Source of the DNA: Candidatus Latescibacterota bacterium
GTDB lineage: Bacteria; Latescibacterota; UBA2968; UBA8231
Length of the DNA: 64,000 nucleotides
Direction: 5' to 3'
Assembly: GCA_965217585.1 (NCBI GenBank)
Contig: OZ244561.1
Span: forward strand, 5,152,001-5,216,000
Part shown: one piece after another, positions 9,042-17,873 of the stretch
Position numbering within the stretch: the first letter of the stretch is position 1
How the letters are laid out: the number at the start of each line of letters is the position of its first letter
Position numbers and translations under genes: made by a program
Notes under the pieces: generated by a model
Databases searched by the model: none
Told to the model about the DNA's origin: nothing
What the model saw: the letters and a program-made list of their open reading frames with translations, nothing else

Positions 9042-9683
9042 TTATTCCTGGGCGCTAGGGGCTGAGAGCACGCCGCGGTTGGCCATGGCTTCGGCCTCAC
9101 GCACGGCGGCTCGCACATTGGGAGCGCGGACGAGCAAGAGGCCGATCAAGGCGTCGTGTGCCTCGCCGCAGCCGAACTGGGCTTGGTTGGGTTGGTCGGC
9201 GACCTCGTCCATTTCGCCGAGGCGGATTAGGCCGCGGGCGATGGTGGCGACGCGGCGTTCCACGCCTTGGACCGGTTCGGTGGCGCGGGCTTCGTACAGG
9301 CCCTGTCCGAGGCTGGCAACGGCGATGGTGGCGTTGGCCTTTTTGTCGAAGATGTGCAGCGGCCGCGGCTCTGGCGTCTGCTCCGGCGACAGCTTGCAAG
9401 CCTCTAGGAAGAGCCGCTTGACTCCGAGCCGATGGGCGTGGCCGCAGGAAAAGCTGAGCGGGCCGGCGCTCGTTTGTTCCATGCCTCCGAGCACCTGCAT
9501 GGCGCGGGCGACTCCAGCGACGCGCTCGGCCGCGCCAAGGCGACGGCTGTAGGTGTGGACTTGGTAACAGGGGAGGCCAGGGCCGTCCGGGCAATATAGG
9601 GCGATGGAAATGTCGTCGAAGTGGGGATCCATGGAGACCAATTCGACGCGCGAGCCAAGGTCCAAAGTCTGTGCCATCTGCAT
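9042..9683 (-). CDS. Hypothetical protein with internal duplication and two FxCGxAH motifs
   Basis: First ORF of operon, GAGGA RBS; motifs FSCGHAH and FGCGEAH. Confidence 0.8.
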   Translation of the reverse strand: MQMAQTLDLGSRVELVSMDPHFDDISIALYCPDGPGLPCYQVHTYSRRLGAAERVAGVARAMQVLGGMEQTSAGPLSFSCGHAHRLGVKRLFLEACKLSPEQTPEPRPLHIFDKKANATIAVASLGQGLYEARATEPVQGVERRVATIARGLIRLGEMDEVADQPNQAQFGCGEAHDALIGLLLVRAPNVRAAVREAEAMANRGVLSAPSAQE

Positions 9684-9725
9684 TTCCTCTTGACAGCAAA
9701 GCGCGGGGTTAAGTATTGTTCATTG

Positions 9726-9754
9726 AAAATAGCTGATGGTCAGACCATCGGCAA
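9726..9754 (-). promoter_or_regulatory. Predicted sigma70 promoter of the methyltransferase operon (TTGCCG-17-TATTTT)
   Basis: Exact 17-bp spacer, about 40 bp upstream of the first ATG. Confidence 0.5.
9735..9749. promoter_or_regulatory. FadR/GntR-type operator palindrome GATGGTC-A-GACCATC
   Basis: Perfect 7-1-7 palindrome matching FadR-subfamily TGGT-N3-ACCA; FadR gene about 2.2 kb away. Confidence 0.75.
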
Positions 9755-9894
9755 ATAAAAAATGTGGTCGACGTTGGACGAAATCACCCATATTTGGTCA
9801 ATATGGGCGGCGTTGTCCGCCCTAGTCTCGCCTGAAGGCGAGGACTTCCCATCCTAGGCGACAGTGGCAACGGCTATCGAAACCGGCAGTAGAT

Positions 9895-10578
9895 ATGAGC
9901 TATCTCTACGAACTACGCACGAGAATAGAGAAGGATTTTCGCCATCCGGACCAGGAGTTCCAAGACTACTTCAGACAGGGCAACGGGGAGGGGGTATGGG
10001 TGGATTTGGGATGCGGGACAAACCGATATGTCGAGGAATACAGAGGCCAGTTCAAGCAGGCCCTCGGTATCGACATTGACCTGCGCTTGGTCGCGAGAGC
10101 TGCAAAGCCATTTATAATTTCAGACAGCGGACAATTGTGCTTAAAAAAGAATAGCGTTGATTTGGTCTCTACCTTTATGGTAGTAGAGCATTGGGTCTCG
10201 CCGGCTGATAGTCTCCAGGAGATCATGGACGTCTTGAAGCCAGGCGGAATTTTTGTATGCTGTACCGTAAACAAGACCTATTGGGCCAGTCTGCTGAATA
10301 GGGCGTTGCCGGAAATAGTCAAAAGATGGGTAGTGCGGCGTGTCCACAACAAGGATGATGAAGATATTTTCAAGGCCTACTATCGCTTCAACGATCAGTC
10401 GACGATCAAGCAGATCATAGCTAAGGTCGGCTTTAACCAGCTAGAGATTAGAGACTACGTGGAGTACGTGTACCTGTCCAAGTTCCTTTTCAAGCTGCAG
10501 CGCTTCCTGCACAAAGGGACGTTTCTAGGGAACACGGCCCTGCTCAAATCGCATTTTCTTATTGTCGCGAGAAAGTAA
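9895..10578 (+). CDS. Class I SAM-dependent methyltransferase
   Basis: VDLGCG motif I, GIDID, VVEHW, VLKPGG; AT-richer than flanks. Confidence 0.88.
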   Translation: MSYLYELRTRIEKDFRHPDQEFQDYFRQGNGEGVWVDLGCGTNRYVEEYRGQFKQALGIDIDLRLVARAAKPFIISDSGQLCLKKNSVDLVSTFMVVEHWVSPADSLQEIMDVLKPGGIFVCCTVNKTYWASLLNRALPEIVKRWVVRRVHNKDDEDIFKAYYRFNDQSTIKQIIAKVGFNQLEIRDYVEYVYLSKFLFKLQRFLHKGTFLGNTALLKSHFLIVARK

Positions 10579-10587
10579 GGGAGACAG

Positions 10588-11958
10588 GTGAAGAAAACAC
10601 CAGATACCTGTGTTTCGACACGCCTTGTATTCTCTATCGCCACAACTATCGCGCTTGCGCTGCTCGCTGCGCTTGGGGGATGCACGAGCAGAGAATCGAT
10701 CGCTAGCTTGGATTACGAACCTAGCCCGCTGGCGATTGGACCCCTGACCATCGGCGTTTGGTTGCCGGCCGGCCTGGACGAGTACCGCTTCGGCCCGGGA
10801 GACCAGAAACAGCTTGCGGAGTTAGGGATAAACTACCTAGAGTGGTTGCAGCCAGCTATCTTGGAGGATGGATCCACGGCTGAAGAAGCTGCCATGGAGT
10901 TCTGCAATCGCACTGGTATAAGCATGCCGGTCTACTATGCGCCCCTAGGATACGCGAAGCACGACAAGCTCCACGATTGGGCGACTCAAACCGGATCCAC
11001 CGCAGAGTTGGACAAAATAGTAGAGGCGCTCTTTACCCGGTGGGAAGGAAATCGTGGATTCAGCGGCTATTTGGTAGGGCACGAGGATTATTCCAAGTCA
11101 TTCTACTCGTCATTGCGCCAGACAGTCGAAGCGCTGCGATTTCAGGATCCCGACCGTTCGGCAGTCACCGTGGGTAACATCGTCGATTATCAATCCATCG
11201 AGGACTTTATGGACTCCTTTTTTGTGCCAGGAGGCCCGCCCAACATCTTCCAGCACGAATGCTACGTGTTTCGTAACGATACGCCTTATGGTGGCAAGAA
11301 GCTGCAGCACCAGTTGAACCGGCTGCTTGAAACCTATGATCAGGTCGCGCACCACATGCAAGGCCGCTACGGCCGGTGGCACGCAATCGTGCAGACGATG
11401 AGTGTAGTGCGTGAGGGGCGACTGAATTGGCGCAAACCCATGGCCAGTGAAATAGATCTTCAGGTTGGGATGGCGTTGACGCGGGGAGCGGCGGGCATCA
11501 TTTACTTTCTCTACAGTTCCGGTCTTGAAGAAATATTCGATGAACAGGGTGACCTAGTGATGCGCCGGACCTACGAAGGTCTGGTGAATGAGCAGGGGGA
11601 GCCGACGGCCAGCTATCGTGCGGTGCAGGAGTTGAATGGTTTACTGCGTCGCTTGAGTCCGGTGTTGGAGGACTTGCACTACCACGGTGGATTTTCCTCG
11701 CGCGAATTCCGCCGCAATCCACTCGTGTTTGAGCCGCAGGTTGATTTGGAGTTTGGACTTTTCGGCAACGGCGTGATGCCTAGCCACGTGCTCATCGTAA
11801 ATCGTCAGACGCAGAACGCCAGAAATGTGCAATTGTCGGTGGGCGGTGATCACGTACAGGATGCACTAACGGGCGACATGCTCGAAGTTGTGGAAGGGAA
11901 GGTGGTCGTTCCTCTCAATGCTGGTGGCTTGAGATTGTTGGAGATTCGGAATGGTTAA
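10588..11958 (+). CDS. Hypothetical lipoprotein, possibly glycoside-hydrolase-like TIM barrel
   Basis: Lipobox LGGC; GYLVGHE and GAAGIIYFLY segments resemble GH-A barrels; C-terminal beta-rich domain. Confidence 0.55.
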   Translation: MKKTPDTCVSTRLVFSIATTIALALLAALGGCTSRESIASLDYEPSPLAIGPLTIGVWLPAGLDEYRFGPGDQKQLAELGINYLEWLQPAILEDGSTAEEAAMEFCNRTGISMPVYYAPLGYAKHDKLHDWATQTGSTAELDKIVEALFTRWEGNRGFSGYLVGHEDYSKSFYSSLRQTVEALRFQDPDRSAVTVGNIVDYQSIEDFMDSFFVPGGPPNIFQHECYVFRNDTPYGGKKLQHQLNRLLETYDQVAHHMQGRYGRWHAIVQTMSVVREGRLNWRKPMASEIDLQVGMALTRGAAGIIYFLYSSGLEEIFDEQGDLVMRRTYEGLVNEQGEPTASYRAVQELNGLLRRLSPVLEDLHYHGGFSSREFRRNPLVFEPQVDLEFGLFGNGVMPSHVLIVNRQTQNARNVQLSVGGDHVQDALTGDMLEVVEGKVVVPLNAGGLRLLEIRNG

Positions 11959-11969
11959 CTTCGATCACA

Positions 11970-12743
11970 ATGGGGTCGCTTAGCGCCGGATTGAATGCCT
12001 TGACCGACTCTGCTAAGAAAGCCGCGGCCATGCGCCCGGTGCAGCGCACGTCCGTAAGCGATGCGATCGTCGCGCAGATAACGGACTTGATTGAGCGCAA
12101 CGTTCTCAAGCCCGGCGATAGGCTGCCGCCGGAACGGGAGCTGTGCAAGCGCTTTCAGGTGGGGCGCTCCTCACTGCGCGAAGCCCTGCGCTCGTTATCT
12201 ATGATGGGCCTGCTCGACGGCCGCGTGGGCGAGGGCACCTTTGTCTGCGACAAGGGCCAATACGTGGAGAGGGCGTTGCAGTGGGGGTTTTTGCTCGACG
12301 GCAAGAAGCTCCAAGACCTGAGCGAGACGCGGATGATGCTCGAGTCGCAAAACGCCTATTTGGCAGCCGAGCGGGCCACGCCCGCTGACTTAGAGGCTAT
12401 TGCCGACGCGCTGGCCGGCATGGCCGGGGGGCTGGCCGACGAAGGGCGCTTTCTCGCCAGCGATTTGCAGTTCCACCTACTGATTGCCCGGGCCACGCAC
12501 AATTCCATTCTCTACAGCTTGCTCGAAACCACGCGCAACTATCTACAAGAATGGATCAAGGAAAGCTTAGCGGAGCCGTCGCTGGCTGGCCCTCGGGCCG
12601 AACTTTCGCTGGCGGAACACCACCAGATCTTGGAGGCATTGCAGCGTAGAGATGCGGAGGCCGCGCGGCAGGCGATGGCGGCGCACATCCGCTCTAGCAG
12701 TGGGGATTTGCAGCGGACTAGCCGTCGATCAGAGTCCGGTTGA
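11970..12743 (+). CDS. FadR/GntR family transcriptional regulator (true start may be 12000 or 12030)
   Basis: LKPGDRLPPERELC..FQVGRSSLREAL wHTH; FCD domain DLQFH, HHQILEAL. Confidence 0.93.
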   Translation: MGSLSAGLNALTDSAKKAAAMRPVQRTSVSDAIVAQITDLIERNVLKPGDRLPPERELCKRFQVGRSSLREALRSLSMMGLLDGRVGEGTFVCDKGQYVERALQWGFLLDGKKLQDLSETRMMLESQNAYLAAERATPADLEAIADALAGMAGGLADEGRFLASDLQFHLLIARATHNSILYSLLETTRNYLQEWIKESLAEPSLAGPRAELSLAEHHQILEALQRRDAEAARQAMAAHIRSSSGDLQRTSRRSESG

Positions 12744-13722
12744 CGAACTCGGTGACCTCCTCAATTTTCCCCAATCCCGTTAAAATTAGGCTCTGGGCAA
12801 TGCGCCGCGAGAGCCCGATGATGCGCTCATCGCCGAGCGCGACCGGCTGGCGGCCGTCGGTCGCGCTCAACAGCAGGCAGCCGAGGTCGCGCACAGCTTG
12901 GTGTTTGACTTCCTCGGCCTTCTCGTAGCTCGCGCTCTGAAAATAGCTGTTCCAGAATACATTGACGGCCTCTAAATAGGCGGCTTTTTGGGCGGTGTTC
13001 TGCATGGCCTTGATGCACATATCGGCCGTATAGAAGGCGAGGTCAAAGGTGGGGTAACCGTAGTGGGCGGTGGCGAAATCGACCCAGTAGGGATGGCCGT
13101 TGGCGACCCATATATTGCGGGGCCGCAAGTCACCCAAGACGAGGGAGAACCCTTCGTTGAGCAGGCGGTTGGTGTGGACGGCAATGGCCTTTTTGAGATC
13201 GGGATAGGCGTTGGCGATGTAGTTGTAGTGAGGTTCGATGCGCAGTTGCTCAAATGCCTTAGTGGATGCAAACTCAGCCGCGACCTCGGGCGAGCCGGCC
13301 GTCTCATTGTGGACGGTGGCCAGCAGCTCGCCGCACTGGACGGCGATTTGCAGGTCGATGCGGCCGTTGATCAAGTCGCTCTCCCACGATAGGGCGTTGT
13401 GCGGCGGTGGGGTTGTCACGAGGATGAAGTCCGTGCGGTCTTCGAGCAAGACGTTCGGGAGAATCTCGGGAGCGAGGAGTTGCGCCAAGAACTCGATACA
13501 GCTTTTCTCGGCGAAGATGCGCCGCCGGTCGATCCACCAGCGCTCTTTGATTTGGACGCGCGAGTGCGCTTGCTTGACGATCCAGGTTCGATTGGAAGAC
13601 TCCACGTAGTACACCTGATTTTTCAGTCCGTCACTCAAACTCTGGACGCGGACTGGGCCCTCGTCGGTGAGCAGTTTCTTGCGTTGCAGATACTTGGGTA
13701 TAGCCTGTTTCTCTAGGTTCAT
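12718..13722 (-). CDS. Aminoglycoside-phosphotransferase/5-methylthioribose kinase-like protein
   Basis: GLKNQVY, IVKQA, FEQLRIEP, LGDLRPRNI, VDF, FDLAF. Confidence 0.7.
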   Translation of the reverse strand: MNLEKQAIPKYLQRKKLLTDEGPVRVQSLSDGLKNQVYYVESSNRTWIVKQAHSRVQIKERWWIDRRRIFAEKSCIEFLAQLLAPEILPNVLLEDRTDFILVTTPPPHNALSWESDLINGRIDLQIAVQCGELLATVHNETAGSPEVAAEFASTKAFEQLRIEPHYNYIANAYPDLKKAIAVHTNRLLNEGFSLVLGDLRPRNIWVANGHPYWVDFATAHYGYPTFDLAFYTADMCIKAMQNTAQKAAYLEAVNVFWNSYFQSASYEKAEEVKHQAVRDLGCLLLSATDGRQPVALGDERIIGLSRRIAQSLILTGLGKIEEVTEFVNRTLIDG

Positions 13723-13731
13723 CGGCTTCTC

Positions 13732-14619
13732 TCAAGAGGTAGTGGCAGTGGCAGCCCGCACCTGTTCGACTTGGCTGGCGGCGTGGTACGAGCTGCGCAC
13801 CAGCGGGCCGGACTCGACGTGGCGAAAGCCCAAGCCGAGGGCGAAGTGCCGCCACTCCACAAACTCGTCCGGGTGGACAAAGCGCTCTACGGGCACGTGG
13901 TGGACGGACGGGCTTAGGTATTGGCCCAAGGTCAGGATGGCGCAGCCGACATCCGCTAGGTCTTGGACACTCTGGGCTATTTCACCTTTGGTCTCGCCGG
14001 CACCCAACATCATGCCGGACTTGGTGGGGGCAGGACTCATCTTGCGGGCCCGGTCGAGGAGTTCCAGCGAGCGACCGTACTGGGCTTGGGGGCGCATGGT
14101 GGGGTAGAGGCGAGGCGGAGTCTCGATATTGTGGTTGAGGATGTCCGGGCTGGCTCCGAGGACGGTGGCTAGGGCCTGCCAGTCCCCCTTGAAGTCCGGG
14201 ATTAGGACTTCGACGCTCGTCCCGGGGCAAAGGTGATGTACTGCCGAGATCGTTCGGGCGAAGATGCGCCCCCCGCCGTCTGGCAGTTCGTCGCGATTGA
14301 CCGAGGTAATCACCGCGTGGTCTAGCCCGAGGCGAGCAATGGCAGCGGCGACTCGCTCTGGCTCGCCCTCGTCGAGCCTTTGGGGGCGGCCCGTCTTGAT
14401 CGCGCAAAACCCGCAGCTGCGAGTGCAGACATCGCCCAAAATCATAAAGGTCGCCGTGCGTTGGCTCCAGCACTCGCCGATGTTGGGGCACTGGGCACTC
14501 TCACATACCGTGTTTAGCTGTAAATCGGCGAGCAGGTTTTTTAGGGCGATGTAATTGGGATGGCCTGGGGCTTTAGCCTTGAGCCAGGGTGGGAGCCGGC
14601 GCTTGGAGTCAGATGCCAT
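13732..14619 (-). CDS. lipA: Lipoyl synthase
   Basis: TVCESAQCPNIGEC, CTRSCGFC radical SAM motif, VRSSYHA. Confidence 0.97.
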   Translation of the reverse strand: MASDSKRRLPPWLKAKAPGHPNYIALKNLLADLQLNTVCESAQCPNIGECWSQRTATFMILGDVCTRSCGFCAIKTGRPQRLDEGEPERVAAAIARLGLDHAVITSVNRDELPDGGGRIFARTISAVHHLCPGTSVEVLIPDFKGDWQALATVLGASPDILNHNIETPPRLYPTMRPQAQYGRSLELLDRARKMSPAPTKSGMMLGAGETKGEIAQSVQDLADVGCAILTLGQYLSPSVHHVPVERFVHPDEFVEWRHFALGLGFRHVESGPLVRSSYHAASQVEQVRAATATTS

Positions 14620-14660
14620 AGGATAGACGGGAAAAGGCTGAAACTAAAAACAAGTAGAAT

Positions 14661-14689
14661 ATAATACGGCTCCGGCACGCCAATATCAA
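14661..14689 (-). promoter_or_regulatory. Predicted sigma70 promoter for lipA (TTGATA-17-TATTAT)
   Basis: Near-consensus hexamers with 17-bp spacer. Confidence 0.6.
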
Positions 14690-15903
14690 GGCTTGGGGGG
14701 CGCAGCGGCCAAGCACGTCCGGCACAGCCCGTACCACAGGCAACCGAGGGGAATGAGTTTGGTGCTGCGATAGGCGAGGGAAACGGCCGGGCCCCATGTG
14801 CGCTCAGGGTCAATCGGCCCATAGATCCCAGGCTCGATGTCGAAGAAGACAAAGGGCGTTGGCAGAGCAATAAAAGCGAATATCCACAAGAGCTTGGGAG
14901 AGCCTGAATGCGCGTACAAGCTCACGAGTACGGGCTGGAGAAAGACGTAGTGGTGCTCCCAAACGTCTTTGTAAACGAGAAAAAAGGTACACATCCACAG
15001 CGCGAGCAGCGGCAAGGTGGCGCGGCCGCGCAAGGTGGCTACCAGTGCCGCGACGAGGATGGCGGCCTGCGAGCAGTAGATGACCGCGCGACCGGCGAGG
15101 GGGAAGTCGGCAAGGGTCGTCAGCTCGGCTAGGGACCGCCCGGCTAGCTGGGCCGTGACGCTGACTAGCCCGCCTTGCAGCCCGAGATTGCCCGCGTGGG
15201 TGAGGGTGCCTTGGACCGGGGCGCCTTGGACATTGGCGGCGAAAAAGGCCGCCAAGCTATCTGGATGCAGGAGGAAGTAGGGCAGCGAGGTGAGCGAGCC
15301 TACCAGCAGCCCCAAGGCGAGGACGCGCCGGGCGCGGAGCTTCAGGAGCGCGGGCGCGATGATTAGGGCGTTGGGTTTGACTAAGAGGGCACCCGTCCAA
15401 CAGAAGCTGGCCGCCCATTCCCGGCCGCTGTGGAGGCCGACGATGAGCCAAAAGATCAGCGAGGCCGCCCAGAAGCTGACCTGCCCCATGTAGAGCTCGA
15501 GAAAATAAGGCGAGTACGCCAGCCACATAAACAGGGCGAGGCCCCGGCGAGGCCCTTCGACCCACCGCCAAGTCAGATAGAGGTTGGCTGCGAGGAAAAG
15601 CTCGGTACAGCAGAGGTGCAGGAGGTATGCAGTGAGGGGCTGAAAGTGGACGAAAAGGCTGGCGACCAAGGCAAAGGCCGGCAGGTAGCGGAAGCCGAAG
15701 GCACCCGACACCGAGTAGATGTCGCGGCCTTCGGTTAGGGCTTGGCCCGCCAAATAGAAAACCCCGAAATCAAAGCCGCGGCGGGTGTGGGAGGCGTCGT
15801 TGAAGAGGGGCCGGAGGAGGTCGGTGCCGAGCGCGGCGAGGAAAAAGGCGTGAATTAAAAGGCCCGCTGCGAGGTAGGGAACGGGCCCTCTAAAGCGATT
15901 CAT
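14686..15903 (-). CDS. Glycosyltransferase family 87 (GT-C) membrane protein
   Basis: DFGVFY, FRYLP, GQVS, LVKP, WEHHYV; multiple TM segments. Confidence 0.75.
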   Translation of the reverse strand: MNRFRGPVPYLAAGLLIHAFFLAALGTDLLRPLFNDASHTRRGFDFGVFYLAGQALTEGRDIYSVSGAFGFRYLPAFALVASLFVHFQPLTAYLLHLCCTELFLAANLYLTWRWVEGPRRGLALFMWLAYSPYFLELYMGQVSFWAASLIFWLIVGLHSGREWAASFCWTGALLVKPNALIIAPALLKLRARRVLALGLLVGSLTSLPYFLLHPDSLAAFFAANVQGAPVQGTLTHAGNLGLQGGLVSVTAQLAGRSLAELTTLADFPLAGRAVIYCSQAAILVAALVATLRGRATLPLLALWMCTFFLVYKDVWEHHYVFLQPVLVSLYAHSGSPKLLWIFAFIALPTPFVFFDIEPGIYGPIDPERTWGPAVSLAYRSTKLIPLGCLWYGLCRTCLAAAPPKP

Positions 15904-15927
15904 GCCGCCGCAAAAAAGTACGAACTT

Positions 15928-17802
15928 CTACTGGAGATCGACGCTGCCGTCTTCTTGGACGATGGAGTCCTCTTCTAGTACGCCTATTTCCCCCTTGTCG
16001 AACCACATCTGGTACTCGCTCGGGTCGGCGATGATGCGACGCGCCTCCAGCACTTGGGGATTCACGGTGACATTGTACGCTTGGGCCACTTGCTGCCCGA
16101 ATGCCTTTTCGAGGATGTAGAAGGTGAGCCGCCAAGCGATGAACTCTTCGTTCTCCTGCCAGTGTTTTTCCTCGATTTTGTCGATTTCGTTGATCAGGCT
16201 GCTGAGCGGCTTGGCGAGTTGGTTGTACTCCTCGCCTTCGGCGACCTTGTCCAATTCCTCGACTTGGGCTTCGAGCTCGCTGATGTAGTTGAACCCGCGA
16301 TTTTCGGCAAAGGCGCGGAAGGCCGCTAGGTCCTCTGGGCCGACGACGAAGTCTGGAGTTAGGTCTGGGTAGTTGAGCCGATGCTCGCGGGCGTAGTAGA
16401 AGAATTGGTTGTTGAGGCTGTAGAAGCCGCTGAGCTGCCCATAGAGGCGGCTGAGGCTGCGCCCGGGTACCTCAATGTCTGGAGCGATGCCGCCACCGCC
16501 GCGGACGATTCGCTCGAGCCGGAGGGTCTTGAACGCCTTGTCGTACCCGCGAACGAGGGTGGAGTCCTTGCGCATGCGCTTGTCGATGGAGCGGCCCGAA
16601 GGCGTGTGCCAAGCGGCCATGGTCAGCTTGAGCTCGGCGCGGTCGTCGATGGGGACTACCTGCTGAACGGATCCTTTGCCCACGGTCGTAGTGCCCAGCA
16701 CTAGCCCGCGGTCCCAGTCTTGGATGGCACCGGCGACGATCTCGGACGCCGAAGCGGACAGGCCGTTGACCAGGACGATGAGGGGCGTGTCGTGCAGCAG
16801 GGCGTCCTCGCGGGTTTCGTACCTGACCGTGTCTTTGAAGGCACGGCCCGCGGTAAAGACCACGAGGCGGTCGCGGGGCAGGAAGAGATCGGCGATATGC
16901 ACGGCTTCTTCGAGGTACCCGCCGCCGTTGTTGCGCAGGTCGAAGATCAGCCGCTCCATACCTTGTTCCTCTAGCTCGACGATGGCGTTGAACATCTCCC
17001 GGCTCGACCCCTTTTGGAAGCTGTCGAGCTTGATGTAGCCGGTGTAGCCGGGGAAGAGGGTGGCCAGGAAGACGCTGTTCATCTGTACTTCTTGGCGTTC
17101 GATCGTCAGGTCAAAGGGGGTGGCGCGCTCGGCGCGCTCTAGGGTCAGGGTCACGGAGGTGCCGGGCTCGCCGCGCATGCTGTCGGCGGCCACAACGGCC
17201 GACATGCCCTTGGTGGAAGTGTTGTTGATCGAGGTGATGAGGTCGCCCGACTTGACGCCGGCTAGGGCCGCCGGAGTCTGGTCGTGCACGAGGGCCCACA
17301 CGGCAATCGCGCTGTCGGGATAGACGACTTGTATGCGGAAGCCTAGCCCCCCGTATTTACCTTGGGTCTGGATGTTGAAGTTGTCGAGGTTGTGCTTTTC
17401 CAAAAACACCGAATAGGGGTCGAGAATTTCCATCATCCCGGCGATGCCAAAGCGGATTAGCGTATCCGCGGTAACGGGATAAAAAGCATTCTCGTCGATG
17501 GCTTGGGCCATCTGCATGAGGGTGTAGAGGCGGTGGTTTAGCTGCTTAGTGGTGCCCTCGCCGTCGAATTGGGCGCGGGCGTTGAGGGTGTATTCCGAGG
17601 CTGGATCCAAGGCGTTGAATATCCCGCGTGCGGCCGCCTGCACGAGGGAATCGGGATTCACTTCTTCAAAGTAGTACTGGTGAATGGTCTGGGTCGTCTT
17701 CCACAACAGGGCTTTGTATTCATCTTCAACGGAGCGCTCGGCCCGCAGGTCGGAGGCGGACGCGACGAGGACGAGCAGTAGCGAAATGCGCAAAATGGAC
17801 AA
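15928..17802 (-). CDS. S41 carboxyl-terminal processing protease with PDZ domain
   Basis: GGLGF PDZ, DLRNNGGG, SASASEIVAGAIQD, GKGSVQ; TTG start after AAGGAG, signal peptide. Confidence 0.92.
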   Translation of the reverse strand: MSILRISLLLVLVASASDLRAERSVEDEYKALLWKTTQTIHQYYFEEVNPDSLVQAAARGIFNALDPASEYTLNARAQFDGEGTTKQLNHRLYTLMQMAQAIDENAFYPVTADTLIRFGIAGMMEILDPYSVFLEKHNLDNFNIQTQGKYGGLGFRIQVVYPDSAIAVWALVHDQTPAALAGVKSGDLITSINNTSTKGMSAVVAADSMRGEPGTSVTLTLERAERATPFDLTIERQEVQMNSVFLATLFPGYTGYIKLDSFQKGSSREMFNAIVELEEQGMERLIFDLRNNGGGYLEEAVHIADLFLPRDRLVVFTAGRAFKDTVRYETREDALLHDTPLIVLVNGLSASASEIVAGAIQDWDRGLVLGTTTVGKGSVQQVVPIDDRAELKLTMAAWHTPSGRSIDKRMRKDSTLVRGYDKAFKTLRLERIVRGGGGIAPDIEVPGRSLSRLYGQLSGFYSLNNQFFYYAREHRLNYPDLTPDFVVGPEDLAAFRAFAENRGFNYISELEAQVEELDKVAEGEEYNQLAKPLSSLINEIDKIEEKHWQENEEFIAWRLTFYILEKAFGQQVAQAYNVTVNPQVLEARRIIADPSEYQMWFDKGEIGVLEEDSIVQEDGSVDLQ

Positions 17803-17873
17803 GCGACACTCCTTGGTCAGTGGGGCATTCAGAACTGCTGTTAAGGACATACTATGGACGGGCCGGTATCGCG

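Noticed and set aside
9684-9894. Cobalamin riboswitch ahead of the corrinoid operon
   Set aside because: No recognisable B12 box, and the leader from the predicted promoter is only about 40 nt
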